NCBI GenBank assembly: GCA_964566225.1
Contig: CAZMHV010000002.1
Coordinates: 81,934-145,933, forward strand
Direction: 5' to 3'
Source of the DNA: an uncultured Gammaproteobacteria bacterium
Lineage (GTDB): Bacteria; Patescibacteriota; Patescibacteriia; Magasanikbacterales; UBA922
Length of the DNA stretch: 64,000 nucleotides
Made by a program: the position numbers and the translations under genes. Within the stretch, counting starts at the first letter, position 1. Every line of letters starts with the position of its first letter. Of this stretch, positions 28,687 through 38,203 are shown piece after piece. The notes under the pieces were generated by a model. That model made no database searches. It had not been told where the DNA came from and saw only the letters and a list, made by a program, of their open reading frames with translations.

Positions 28687-29826
28687 ATGCACGAGTGTAT
28701 GAATTTATTGTCTTCAGTGGAACACGCTGTACCGACTGGTACCAAAATGTACAACTCACAAACTCTTCTTGTAGGTGTTCCGACGGTTTTTCCCCAACCA
28801 GAGCACGAGTATCGCATCCACGATGCTCATTTTTTTGTTTATAAAGTAAAGGATTCGAGCCAAAATTTTTTTCCTGATACCAATCTGCAAACTATTGTAA
28901 AAGAATCTCGTAAATCATACCTCCGTTATGGGGACATACCACTTCTTGATCAGTATGATTTGAAATCTTCTCTCTATCTTACACGTGTTGTGTACCCACA
29001 GAATATTGAGGGAATATCTGTTTTGGTCGAAGAATGGGTTTCCGTTCGATTTGTCCCAACCAGTGGTACTCCAAACAGTACAGAAGATCTGGATGCCTGT
29101 ATCTATCGTGGAAAGCCTCTGTCGACAACGGTAACAGAGCTCAGCACCAGTATATCTATTTCACGTATTTGTCGAGTTCCTCCCAAAGTAGCTCTGGGAC
29201 AGGATCACTTTTCAGGTATATTTTTGCCACATAAAAATAAATATACCTCGCTTGCTTTTGTTTTCATGAATCATCAGTTTTTGCAAGAAAAAAAAGACCA
29301 CGATACGTATCAACTCTGGTTTACGGCTCTTGCGAAGCCTGAACTCTTTAGTAAAGTACTCTGTTTATCAGATGAACAAAAGTCGTTTGATTTTCCATTT
29401 ACTCCTGTACTCCAAAAATTAATTTCGTCTCACCTAAATCAATTTCGTATACAACGAACAGTTTTGTCATATCGTCATCCAGGTTATTTTTTAGATTTAT
29501 ATACATTACTTCGTTTGTTGAGAAAACTTATTGATTTTGGACGTTTGAGTGAAAAAACTTGGCAAAAATATTTCGATACGTCACTTGGCATTGCTGAATT
29601 TCAAGAAAATTTTGATCACTACTCATATCAGGATATGTTGCCTCACTTTTTAGGTTTGGCAGAGTTACTTCTCTCACCAGGTTGGATTGAAAACAGTCGT
29701 ATGCATGGTACTGAGTTACGAAGTCTTGTGGATATTTGTGTCCCTGACGCTGTAGAGTTATCAGTGTGTCCTTACGACAAATGGAAGGATCATATTCAAA
29801 ATATTGTAAATTATTATACAGAGTAA
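28687..29826 (+). CDS. Putative LuxI/FeeM-like (GNAT-fold) N-acyltransferase with C-terminal extension
   Basis: Ordered motifs SRKSYLRYG, DQYD..S.YL, SVRFVP, ISRIC match the R..F/Y, D.YD, R..P, SR.C pattern of acyl-HSL and N-acyl-amino-acid synthases. Assignment is by motif only. Confidence 0.5.
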   Translation: MHECMNLLSSVEHAVPTGTKMYNSQTLLVGVPTVFPQPEHEYRIHDAHFFVYKVKDSSQNFFPDTNLQTIVKESRKSYLRYGDIPLLDQYDLKSSLYLTRVVYPQNIEGISVLVEEWVSVRFVPTSGTPNSTEDLDACIYRGKPLSTTVTELSTSISISRICRVPPKVALGQDHFSGIFLPHKNKYTSLAFVFMNHQFLQEKKDHDTYQLWFTALAKPELFSKVLCLSDEQKSFDFPFTPVLQKLISSHLNQFRIQRTVLSYRHPGYFLDLYTLLRLLRKLIDFGRLSEKTWQKYFDTSLGIAEFQENFDHYSYQDMLPHFLGLAELLLSPGWIENSRMHGTELRSLVDICVPDAVELSVCPYDKWKDHIQNIVNYYTE

Positions 29827-29832
29827 AAACAT

Positions 29833-31080
29833 ATGTCTTCTGCTCCTTTTTGTATAGAAGCAAAAATTGCTCATGAAAAGAAACAAATCTGGTTCGATAG
29901 TGAACAAAATGCACACCTTATTTGGGAAGGTGAAGAGAAAGTTATTTCAAAAGCACATCAATATAATTTGATTGAATGTACACTTTTTGGTCTCAATGAA
30001 AGATTGACACTCTCATCAACTTCACCGGTTATGGACGACCAGGGGACAACCCTTCGTGATTTATTTAATGAAGAGTGGGAAAAGTATAATGACGCTATTA
30101 CTAATGCTCTCGGAATTCAAGTGGATTATGGTTACTATGCCTATTACCCTGAAAAATGTGATTTGGTGTGGTATGCACCACCTTTTTGGCACAAAGTTGT
30201 TTCCGTAGCAAGTAGTTCAAAGCTTCTCGCAGATAAAGAAAAAAAATTATCTTGGAAGCAAATACGAAAAATTTTAGAAGAAACCACTATCGCCGTAGCT
30301 GGTTGTAGTGTTGGAAGTAATGTGGCTCATATGGTTGTCATGGATATGCGTCCTAACCATATAAAATTGGCTGACAAAAGTCTCTATAAAATGGAAAACA
30401 TCAACCGTGTTCGTTTACAGTATAATGAAATTGTCAAAAGTAATGCGCAAAGAGGGGATTCACTGAGTCTCCCATTTCAAAACAAAGCCGAGACCGTAGC
30501 TCGTCAGCTTTGGGCGATTGATCCATATATTTTTATTGATGTTTTTGCTCAAGGGGTTCACGAAGGAAACGTCAATGAATTTCTTACCAAAAATGATGGA
30601 GTTTCTCCAATTGATTTTTTGGTAGAAGAAGTTGACGACCCAAAGGTAAAGATTTTTTTGAGGCAAGAAGCTCGGAAACGAAAAATTCCACTTCTCATGG
30701 TCACAGATATTGGTTCTTGTGTCCAAATGGATATTCTCCGTTTTGACCTTGATGAAAATACTTCGTATACCTATGCAGCGAGTGATGAGGCACTCCTCTT
30801 AGCAAATGAGGCGGTGATCAGAGAATCTGGTAATAAAAAAGTTTTTTTTGAATTTGTGGATACGCTTATTGGCAGAGATTATGACTGCGACGAACTTTCG
30901 GATATTTTGCATGGGCGCTCAGAAGTTCCTACTTCTACGATTATTCCACAGCTTGGTTCCACCGCAGCTATGGCTGGTGCCATTGCTGCCGAAGCTATTG
31001 CTCGTATTCGTCTCGGTGAGGTGTATCCACCTCGTATGATTATCAATAAAAAGACGTTTGAAGTGAAAATATATCACTAA
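29833..31080 (+). CDS. ThiF/E1-like adenylyltransferase (Rv1355c/MoeY-type)
   Basis: YAYYP, IAVAGCSVGS, LAD, NINRV, NKAE..ARQLWAIDPY, VEEVDD..VK...R..AR..KIPLLMVTD, PQLG. Confidence 0.8.
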   Translation: MSSAPFCIEAKIAHEKKQIWFDSEQNAHLIWEGEEKVISKAHQYNLIECTLFGLNERLTLSSTSPVMDDQGTTLRDLFNEEWEKYNDAITNALGIQVDYGYYAYYPEKCDLVWYAPPFWHKVVSVASSSKLLADKEKKLSWKQIRKILEETTIAVAGCSVGSNVAHMVVMDMRPNHIKLADKSLYKMENINRVRLQYNEIVKSNAQRGDSLSLPFQNKAETVARQLWAIDPYIFIDVFAQGVHEGNVNEFLTKNDGVSPIDFLVEEVDDPKVKIFLRQEARKRKIPLLMVTDIGSCVQMDILRFDLDENTSYTYAASDEALLLANEAVIRESGNKKVFFEFVDTLIGRDYDCDELSDILHGRSEVPTSTIIPQLGSTAAMAGAIAAEAIARIRLGEVYPPRMIINKKTFEVKIYH

Positions 31081-32186
31081 ATTTTTGAGGGTAAGAGAAC
31101 TTCCTCAACGGGGACTCTTGGAGTATGTGGCCTTTGTAAATCTTTTTGGTCTTTAATATACCCCATTCGAAAAACGGCGGTAATTCGTTTACTGGTGCCA
31201 AGTGTCGCTGCAAAAATTCTGTTGACCAAAGCGACTTCTACAATTCCAGCATGAACGGCTGTACAAATTTCAAACTGTGTACATGTCAAAAAAATGCGTT
31301 CCAGAGTTTGTCCTGCGGCTATCCAATGTTGGGGATCATCTTTTTCTGCGGTCAAAAATCCAATAAAGGGTGATTTCTCCATAGCAATTTTTCCAGCCAG
31401 GGCAAATTTCAGTCCATCTTCTGGTTGCAGAGACTCTTCTCCTCGGAGTGCTTGGTGGAGACGTAGGGCTTCGTCATCTTGAAGTCCAAATCCTATTCCT
31501 GGCATGCCAAGTAATGACATACTTTCATTTGGCAGTAACCAATCACCAAGTTCTCGACTAAATTTTTTGGAGTTGATTACATACGAATCAGCTTGTCCTT
31601 GAAATTCTGCCATGGCCTGTCGGCGTATGGGATCTCCAATAAGGTGAAGTTCTATACCAGTGTGTTTTCCGGCTTCTTGAATTTTTTGTAAAATTGTTTC
31701 ATCAATAATTTTTTCCCGATCATATTCAGCCCGCATAACTTTTCTATTTGAAATTGCTTTGAGCAGTTGATTGTCTGTCGGGAGGCTTTCTTCAAAGGTG
31801 AGTTCTGCTATGGGAGTATATCGTAAAGTATCTTCAAGTGAGGTGGGGGTGTATTTGTCTTTTTCATTTTCAAATATATGCAAAGAACACTTTTTTCTAT
31901 ATGCTGCGGCAGCGACGACGATGTTTTCTAGAGCACAACCAATGCTAATGACGGACTGTCTTCCTTCTTTGTCAGAGGCAGGGAGAACGCGACTTCTGTC
32001 GAGGTATATTGTTATTTCATAAGATTTTTCTGAAATAAAAAATGCCCAAGGTTGGACGTTATGTGTATTTGGTGCAAGGGTTGCCAATTGTATGAAGTAA
32101 CGAAGTTGTTCAAAATTTGAAAGTAAAGCAAACTCTTGTTCTGAAAAAATTTTTGTACTCGAAATTGAAATATTTTCAACAGACAT
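31077..32186 (-). CDS. Nitroreductase-fold flavoprotein (Acg-like, two domains)
   Basis: LAPNTHNVQPW, ISIGCALEN, AI..RK..R..Y, AGQTLERIFL, FRMGY, TPR. Confidence 0.8.
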   Translation of the reverse strand: MSVENISISSTKIFSEQEFALLSNFEQLRYFIQLATLAPNTHNVQPWAFFISEKSYEITIYLDRSRVLPASDKEGRQSVISIGCALENIVVAAAAYRKKCSLHIFENEKDKYTPTSLEDTLRYTPIAELTFEESLPTDNQLLKAISNRKVMRAEYDREKIIDETILQKIQEAGKHTGIELHLIGDPIRRQAMAEFQGQADSYVINSKKFSRELGDWLLPNESMSLLGMPGIGFGLQDDEALRLHQALRGEESLQPEDGLKFALAGKIAMEKSPFIGFLTAEKDDPQHWIAAGQTLERIFLTCTQFEICTAVHAGIVEVALVNRIFAATLGTSKRITAVFRMGYIKDQKDLQRPHTPRVPVEEVLLPSKI

Positions 32187-32258
32187 ATTTTGTGAAGTTT
32201 GTTAAAATGAGATATACTGTAGAGAGAAAATAAAATTATTTTCGTTGTTACTATTTTT

Positions 32259-33908
32259 ATGAACTTGGTTATCACTCAAGATATTGAAATTGTACTCGGT
32301 ATTCTTACATTTATTGCATCAACTTCACTTGGGTTTCTAGTATATAAGAATAATAAAAAGAGTGCAACCAATAAATTATTTCTTTTTTTAGCACTGTTTA
32401 TTGATTTGTACATTTTTGTCAACTATGTCTCACTGCATCCACCAAGCACTGATCCACAAGTACAGTTGTTTTGGATCCGAATTGTCATGATGGTGTGTTC
32501 CTTTCTCGGCCCTATCCTCATTTTGTTGGTGCATACGTTCCCAAGAGAAAAAATCACTCTCAGGTTGCGATATATTGTTTCACTTGGGATACTCATGCTC
32601 AGTTCTGCGGTTGCATCTATTACTCCTCTTGTTTTTTCGTCTATAAACTTTCCCGAAGGTAAGCCCGTACCAGTTCCAGGTCCAGGAATTCCTATTTTTT
32701 TTCTTGATTTTATTGGTCTTTTCTTACTCAGTTTTATTATATTGATTGTCAAATATCGCAGAGCAAAGGGTGAAGAAAAACAAAAACTTTTTTCATTTCT
32801 CTTGGGTGTAATTATTTCTTTTTCACTGATGGGTATTTCCACAGTAACGTTTGTGGTTATCTTAAAAACGTCTGCTGCTGTTTTTTTGGGTCCAATTTTT
32901 CCAGTCATCCTCATGACGTGTATTGCTTATGCTATTGTGAAGCATAAAATATTTAACGTTCAAGTTTTTTCGACACAGGCACTCATGGCAACAATTTATA
33001 TTGTTCTTTTTTCCAAAATATTTTTTTCGCAAACACTCATTGCACGAGTAGTTGATGCGGTTCTTTTTTTGATTGTGACTGTGGTCGGAATTTTACTTGT
33101 TGGAAGTGTACGTCGTGAAATTGAGCAACGCGATCAACTTGCCGCTCTTGCTAATTCCTTGGAGAGAGCCAATCTACGTCTCAAAGAACTTGATCAACAA
33201 AAAACAGAGTTTCTTTCTATTGCCTCACACCAATTACGTACACCGTTATCTATTATTAAGGGGTATATTGAACTTATTGAAGACGGTGTCTATGGCAAAC
33301 TTCCGAAGAAGGCTGAACCCGTACTTGTTGACATGAATGAAAGTAATGAACGTCTTGTAAAGCTTGTGGATGAATTTTTGGATATTACTCGTATTGAACA
33401 AGAACGAACCAAATTTAACTTTGAAAAATTGGACTTAAAAGATACTATTGCGAGTGTTCTCAAAGAACTTTCTCAAAAATCCAAGAGTAAACGTCTGGTT
33501 GTCCAAACAGACATTCTTCCCAAAGATACTGTGGTTGATATGGACGAAGAAAAAATTCGTCATGTAGTGTTTAATTTTGTGGATAACGCTATTAAATATA
33601 GTGACAAAGGGACTATCAAAGTCTCTGTAAACGAAGAAGATTCAGGATTTTGTCTTCGTGTAAAAGACCAGGGTTTTGGTTTTGAAAAAGAAGATGAAGT
33701 GAATTTTTTCCAAAAATTTTATCGTGGCAAAAATGTTGTTGGAACCAATGTAAATGGTACTGGACTTGGTATTTATGTTTGCAAAAAATTTATTGAAGCG
33801 CATGGTGGCAAAGTATGGGCCAAGAGTCCAGGGCTTGGTAAGGGAAGTGAATTTGGATTTTGGATTCCCAAAATACATCAACCGTTGGCAAAATCAAACA
33901 ATGAATAA
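32259..33908 (+). CDS. Sensor histidine kinase with multi-TM (HisKA_7TM-like) input domain
   Basis: About 8 hydrophobic helices; H-box ASHQLRTPLS, N-box NFVDNAIKYS, DQGFG, FQKFYR, GTGLGIY. Confidence 0.92.
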   Translation: MNLVITQDIEIVLGILTFIASTSLGFLVYKNNKKSATNKLFLFLALFIDLYIFVNYVSLHPPSTDPQVQLFWIRIVMMVCSFLGPILILLVHTFPREKITLRLRYIVSLGILMLSSAVASITPLVFSSINFPEGKPVPVPGPGIPIFFLDFIGLFLLSFIILIVKYRRAKGEEKQKLFSFLLGVIISFSLMGISTVTFVVILKTSAAVFLGPIFPVILMTCIAYAIVKHKIFNVQVFSTQALMATIYIVLFSKIFFSQTLIARVVDAVLFLIVTVVGILLVGSVRREIEQRDQLAALANSLERANLRLKELDQQKTEFLSIASHQLRTPLSIIKGYIELIEDGVYGKLPKKAEPVLVDMNESNERLVKLVDEFLDITRIEQERTKFNFEKLDLKDTIASVLKELSQKSKSKRLVVQTDILPKDTVVDMDEEKIRHVVFNFVDNAIKYSDKGTIKVSVNEEDSGFCLRVKDQGFGFEKEDEVNFFQKFYRGKNVVGTNVNGTGLGIYVCKKFIEAHGGKVWAKSPGLGKGSEFGFWIPKIHQPLAKSNNE

Positions 33909-34002
33909 TTTTAGTATACAGTCATTGTTTTTTCTTTGAATTTTTTGTATACTTATCTGATATAAGTTTTGTAACTTACTTGTTAATATCTATTTCTTTT
34001 TT

Positions 34003-34488
34003 ATGTTTCAAAAACCTTCTCCACAAATTGCACTCAGTCAAGTTGAAGAACCTTCGTATAGTCATCAGCCAAGTCCTCGTGCTGATGAAGTTGAAACCGT
34101 CGTGGGGCCTTCTGTGCAGGTAGAAGGAGATTTTTCGTCAGAAGGAAATATTATTGTAAAAGGAACCGTATCTGGAAGTGTAAAGACAAGTAAATTACTT
34201 TCGGTTGAAAATGGGGCTCGTATTTTGGCCAATGTTCGTGCTGGAAATGCAAGTATCGCGGGTCAAGTAAAAGGAAATATTATGGTTGATGATCGTGTTG
34301 AGCTCATGTCAACTGCTGAAATTTTTGGAGACATCCACTGCTTGACCTTGGTTGTGGCTCCTGGAGCCGTGCTCCAAGGCAAGGTAAATATGCGTCCAGA
34401 TGAAGAAAAATCTGAGAGAAAAGTGAAACTTCCTCTCCGTTCAAAATCAAGAACTTTTGAAGATACTGGTTCACTGCAGAGCGAATAA
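34003..34488 (+). CDS. Bactofilin (polymer-forming cytoskeletal protein)
   Basis: ETVVGPSVQVEGDF..EGNIIVKGTVSG beta-helix repeats; GAVLQGKVNM. Confidence 0.88.
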   Translation: MFQKPSPQIALSQVEEPSYSHQPSPRADEVETVVGPSVQVEGDFSSEGNIIVKGTVSGSVKTSKLLSVENGARILANVRAGNASIAGQVKGNIMVDDRVELMSTAEIFGDIHCLTLVVAPGAVLQGKVNMRPDEEKSERKVKLPLRSKSRTFEDTGSLQSE

Positions 34489-34508
34489 GCGGTTAATAGG
34501 GACACTTT

Positions 34509-35273
34509 ATGTACCTGTATCTCTATGACGACGCCCTCAAAAACAAGAAGTATAGTTCAACCCTCAAGGCTATAGAAACCAGGTTGACAGATCTTGGAAT
34601 TGCTGGTAAAATAGTCCGGCTTGCGCATTTTAGCAATGCTCAGGCCGTGATTGAAGAAGAGTTCAAAAGAGGGTATACCACGGTAGTTATCGTGGGCAAT
34701 GACACTACTTTTGGCAATATTCTCTCTCGCGCGGCAACCTGCCGGGTCGTCTTTGGCTTTTTGCCAATTGGACCAAACAATACGATTGCTGAAGTACTGG
34801 GTATTCCACTTGGTGTAGATGCCTGTGATGTACTCTCTCGCCGGCGCAAGGTTCTCCTTGACGCTGGGTGGGTCAACAATCGGTACTTTGTTTCTCGTCT
34901 TGAAGTATTTCCCCATGATATCATGGTGCAGTATGATGGACTGTTTTCTGTGTCTTCCAAAAATCAAAAAATGGAGCTGGTGGTCTGCAATTTGCAACCA
35001 TATTTTTGGAAGGACAATAAAAATCAAAACAAAGTAATTCGTCCCCAAGATGGAAAACTGGAAGCCTTTCTTCACCCAGTCAAAAAGCGCAAACTTTTTG
35101 GTGGGTATGAGTACGAGGATCCAAGTATTTTCCCTTTTGAAGAAATGGAAGTTTCGAGTAAAACTCCGTTTGTCGTAGAAGCCGATGGAAAACGCTCCAA
35201 AGAAGTAAAAATAACAATCAAACTTGCCAAAGGTCAAATTGAAATGATTGTTGGTAAGCAGAGAAAATTTTAA
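34509..35273 (+). CDS. Diacylglycerol-kinase-like protein (degenerate)
   Basis: VIVGNDTT (GGDGT-like), FLPIGPNNTIA..LGIP, DAGWVN, ADG. Confidence 0.65.
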   Translation: MYLYLYDDALKNKKYSSTLKAIETRLTDLGIAGKIVRLAHFSNAQAVIEEEFKRGYTTVVIVGNDTTFGNILSRAATCRVVFGFLPIGPNNTIAEVLGIPLGVDACDVLSRRRKVLLDAGWVNNRYFVSRLEVFPHDIMVQYDGLFSVSSKNQKMELVVCNLQPYFWKDNKNQNKVIRPQDGKLEAFLHPVKKRKLFGGYEYEDPSIFPFEEMEVSSKTPFVVEADGKRSKEVKITIKLAKGQIEMIVGKQRKF

Positions 35274-35275
35274 AC

Positions 35276-35359
35276 GCTCAGGTGGCGAAATTGGTAGACG
35301 CACTACCTTGAGGTGGTAGCGCTCGCAAGGGCATGGAGGTTCGAGTCCTCTCCTGAGCA
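35276..35359 (+). tRNA. tRNA-Leu(GAG)
   Basis: GCTCAGG/CCTGAGC acceptor, GGCGAAATTGGTAGACGC D-arm, CTACC-TTGAGGT-GGTAG anticodon arm, long variable arm, GGTTCGAGTCC T-arm. Confidence 0.96.
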
Positions 35360-35527
35360 CGAAATAAAGAAGTACCTTTTGGTGCTTCTTTATTTTGTTT
35401 TTTGTGATGAGGGTTCGAACTTGGGAAGGGTGAAACCGAGAGGTTTCACTTGCTGAGGAGGGGGTTTGGGGAACCCGAAGGTTCCCCAAAGAGCCCGCAG
35501 GGCGAGTGAGAGTCCTCTCCTGAGCAC
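35343..35527 (+). repeat. 18-bp direct repeat of the tRNA-Leu 3' end flanking a ~150-bp hairpin-rich insert
   Basis: GAGTCCTCTCCTGAGCAC at 35343-35360 and 35510-35527. Confidence 0.85.
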
Positions 35528-35530
35528 AGT

Positions 35531-35561
35531 AAAAAAATTGCTAGAAATAGCAATTTTTTTT
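35531..35561 (+). terminator. Intrinsic terminator after the duplicated tRNA end
   Basis: AAAAAAATTGCTA-GAAA-TAGCAATTTTTTT. Confidence 0.75.
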
Positions 35562-35581
35562 ATTTTGTAGACTTATTTGAC

Positions 35582-35610
35582 TTGACAGAAGCATAAAGCT
35601 GTGATATTTT
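35582..35610 (+). promoter_or_regulatory. sigma70 promoter of GC-rich orphan 1
   Basis: TTGACA-17 nt-TATTTT with a TG extension. Confidence 0.6.
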
Positions 35611-35701
35611 CTGTTATTGCTTTGGTTTGTACCTATGCATGACCAATGGTGGCCGTGCATAGTGCGAACGAAACGCGATAACTGCTGAGTGAGGTAATCA
35701 G

Positions 35702-36415
35702 ATGCTTCAGGAATTTTTGAAGAATGTCGAACTGTTGTTCATGGGGCGTGTCCCCATGGTCCTGGTCTACTACCTGTGCCCCCTGCAGGCCTATGACGCC
35801 AAGAAGGCCGAATGGCTCTGCTCTGAGCGGGGCTACAAGTCGGACTTCGGCCCGAACGCCAAGCTCATCACGGTGCTCCAGGGTTTCAACGTCTTCCTGT
35901 ACGTCACCAATCCGGGACGTCTCATCACGCAGCTGCGCGGGTTCCCCCTCGTGGCCGCGTCGGATCTCAACAAGCAGGGGCGCCCCGTGAGCATGGTGAA
36001 GTTTGGCCAGCACATCGAGGTCGGCGTTCGCCCGTTGATTCCTGCATCCGCAGCAGAGATCAGCGCCGACGTCGAGGCTGCCTTCGACTCCACCCATGAG
36101 CCGCCCCATGAGTTGTCTCTCGATGAACTCTTTGACGTCGACGATGGTGGTGATCCTCCGTCCTTGGCAGACCACCCGATCGACACCACCCTCGGTGGGA
36201 TGGGGGAGCTCAGTGACATCACCAGTGTGCGACGCACCCTGGGTCAGGACTTCTCCGGGGGCGACGAAATCTCGGCCTTCGACAATCCCCCGGGCACTCA
36301 GCCCGTCATCGACTTGTCGGCGATCGGGGTGTCCCACGAGGATCCCGCCGCTTCGGTGGAGGTCGAGCTCGAGTCTCTGGTCGGAGAGAATGGGGGTTCC
36401 CGTCCAGGGGACTGA
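35702..36415 (+). CDS. GC-rich orphan protein with acidic, likely disordered C-terminus
   Basis: GAGGT SD upstream; G/C-ending codons; promoter upstream and terminator downstream favour the + strand. Confidence 0.6.
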   Translation: MLQEFLKNVELLFMGRVPMVLVYYLCPLQAYDAKKAEWLCSERGYKSDFGPNAKLITVLQGFNVFLYVTNPGRLITQLRGFPLVAASDLNKQGRPVSMVKFGQHIEVGVRPLIPASAAEISADVEAAFDSTHEPPHELSLDELFDVDDGGDPPSLADHPIDTTLGGMGELSDITSVRRTLGQDFSGGDEISAFDNPPGTQPVIDLSAIGVSHEDPAASVEVELESLVGENGGSRPGD

Positions 36416-36549
36416 CCTGTTCACGACCTCTCCGAGGTCACCAGTGAGCCGCGCCTCAATAAGAGAGGTCGCACGCACGCTCACCCAATGCCGTCCGCAC
36501 TGTGTATTGTTACTAAGAATATACAGTAAGGAGGTTTCGGCATTGGGTG

Positions 36550-36588
36550 AAAACAGGGAATGATACTTGTGTCATTCCCTGTTTTTTT
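36550..36588 (+). terminator. Intrinsic terminator
   Basis: AAAACAGGGAATGATAC-loop-GTGTCATTCCCTGTTTTTTT. Confidence 0.8.
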
Positions 36589-36591
36589 ATC

Positions 36592-36620
36592 TTGACAAAG
36601 CAAAATTTTTATGATATACA
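36592..36620 (+). promoter_or_regulatory. sigma70 promoter of GC-rich orphan 2
   Basis: TTGACA-17 nt-TATACA with a TG extension. Confidence 0.6.
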
Positions 36621-36675
36621 CACAACGCATCCAAATTCTGGATGAGTCTTTTTACCACTGGTCATATCAAAGGCG

Positions 36676-38139
36676 GTGATTCGCATGAACTCGTTCGCTC
36701 GTGTTGTGTCGCGGATTTCTTTTGTCGTCGGCATTCTCTATCTCGGCTATCTGGCCGTGGATGAGTGGTTCGTCCCGAGCTCGAAAAAGGCGGAGGTCAT
36801 CAAGGACCTGAAACTTGATCAGGAAGACCTCTGTTTTGCCTTGGCAAAGGCCGCTGGCAAAACCCTCAATTCGAACAAGGGAACTTCGATCTCTGTGAGC
36901 CGGTTTGGTGGGGTTCAGACGGACTCCCTGGTCTTTTTGGCCAAGAAGTGGACTGCTTTTTCGGCGGCTGACTGGGTTGCTTGGGACTATGTTCCGGGCA
37001 AGGGGTGCGCCATCAGCTATGTGATGGGGAAGGTGGGTACCCCACTTGAACCTGAAGACGTGGTCATTCGTATTGAAGGACCTCTCGATACTGTGTGGGA
37101 CGAGTTCGCCTCGGTCTCAGGCCATTCCGCCCTTCCTACCTTGGCCAATTCTCAGTTCATGCTCTTGGCAACTGGTGGGGAATGGACCCCTGATGTGTTT
37201 GCTCAGGCGGCACGCCAGAACTACACTGGTGTGATCGAGGCACTTTCCCTGGTTGAGAATGATGCCATCTTCAATCGTCGGGTCACGTTGTACAACAACG
37301 CGCTCCAAGTGATTGATGAATGGGTGCATGCCTGGCGTTCGTATCAGATGAACCATCGAGCGCAACAGGTGGGGATTCTCTTGCTGGCGTTGCTTGTCGA
37401 ATTCATCTGGTTCTACTTCCGTGTTCGGGCGTATTCGCAGGGCATTGTCTGGCTGGTGGTCCACTTTTTTTCGGGCTGTGAAGCCTCAAGCAAGAATCAA
37501 GTGGTCAAGCTGTCCAAGAAAGATGTCCCTGCCCCTGCTGTGCAGGAGGTTCTTCCTTCTGGCCCCAAGCCCTTGACTCTGTCCGATTTGCTCTCGCGGG
37601 CATCTTCGGTCGGAGGAGAAGTGCTTCGCGGTCTCGTTGCTGCATCGTTGGGATCGTCTCCTACGGCAGACTCCCTTCGTGTGGCCAACGACAAAGTCTC
37701 GGCGGTTCAGGGTCATGGCGATTTGCTCACCTCGGCTCGTCGTTTCGGCGAGGATACCGTTGCCGAGTGCATGGACTATCTGTTTGAGGGCCAACTGGGC
37801 TCTGCACAGCAGCTCATCCGTCAGAAAGAGTACCAGCGCATCAGCGGGGATCTTCGGACGGCTTCGTTCCAGCTCGGTGTCGAGGCTCAGGTGGATGAAC
37901 TTCTCTATCAAGGATCGATTGAGGAGGCTCGCAAGGTCATTGAGTCAGCCCGAGCTCGAATCGGGTTTCAGGCTCAAATCCAGAACCTTCGAGCCTGGGT
38001 GAAAGACCACTCTCGCGATCTGGATCCTCATCTGCTCATTCGAGTGGCGTCGTTCGATCCGAAGGCTCCCGGGGCTCACAAAGAGTTGAATCGTCTCGAG
38101 CGAGAGGTTCAGGCCGTCAAGACCCGATTGGGTCTCTGA
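36676..38139 (+). CDS. GC-rich orphan membrane protein (2 TM plus helical cytoplasmic tail)
   Basis: 487-aa ORF with an N-terminal TM and a second TM (GILLLALLVEFIWFYF). No family recognised. Confidence 0.7.
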   Translation: MIRMNSFARVVSRISFVVGILYLGYLAVDEWFVPSSKKAEVIKDLKLDQEDLCFALAKAAGKTLNSNKGTSISVSRFGGVQTDSLVFLAKKWTAFSAADWVAWDYVPGKGCAISYVMGKVGTPLEPEDVVIRIEGPLDTVWDEFASVSGHSALPTLANSQFMLLATGGEWTPDVFAQAARQNYTGVIEALSLVENDAIFNRRVTLYNNALQVIDEWVHAWRSYQMNHRAQQVGILLLALLVEFIWFYFRVRAYSQGIVWLVVHFFSGCEASSKNQVVKLSKKDVPAPAVQEVLPSGPKPLTLSDLLSRASSVGGEVLRGLVAASLGSSPTADSLRVANDKVSAVQGHGDLLTSARRFGEDTVAECMDYLFEGQLGSAQQLIRQKEYQRISGDLRTASFQLGVEAQVDELLYQGSIEEARKVIESARARIGFQAQIQNLRAWVKDHSRDLDPHLLIRVASFDPKAPGAHKELNRLEREVQAVKTRLGL

Positions 38140-38203
38140 AGTCTCGCACTGTTTTCAACTCCAACCATTTTTAACAACAACAAACAAGGAGGGAAAGGGA
38201 GGG

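Noticed and set aside
34557-35489. 310-aa minus-strand ORF
   Set aside because: Antisense to the DAGK-like gene and tRNA-Leu; no recognisable motifs.
35633-36484. 283-aa minus-strand ORF
   Set aside because: Shadow of the GC-rich + ORF; the promoter, SD and terminator all support the + strand.
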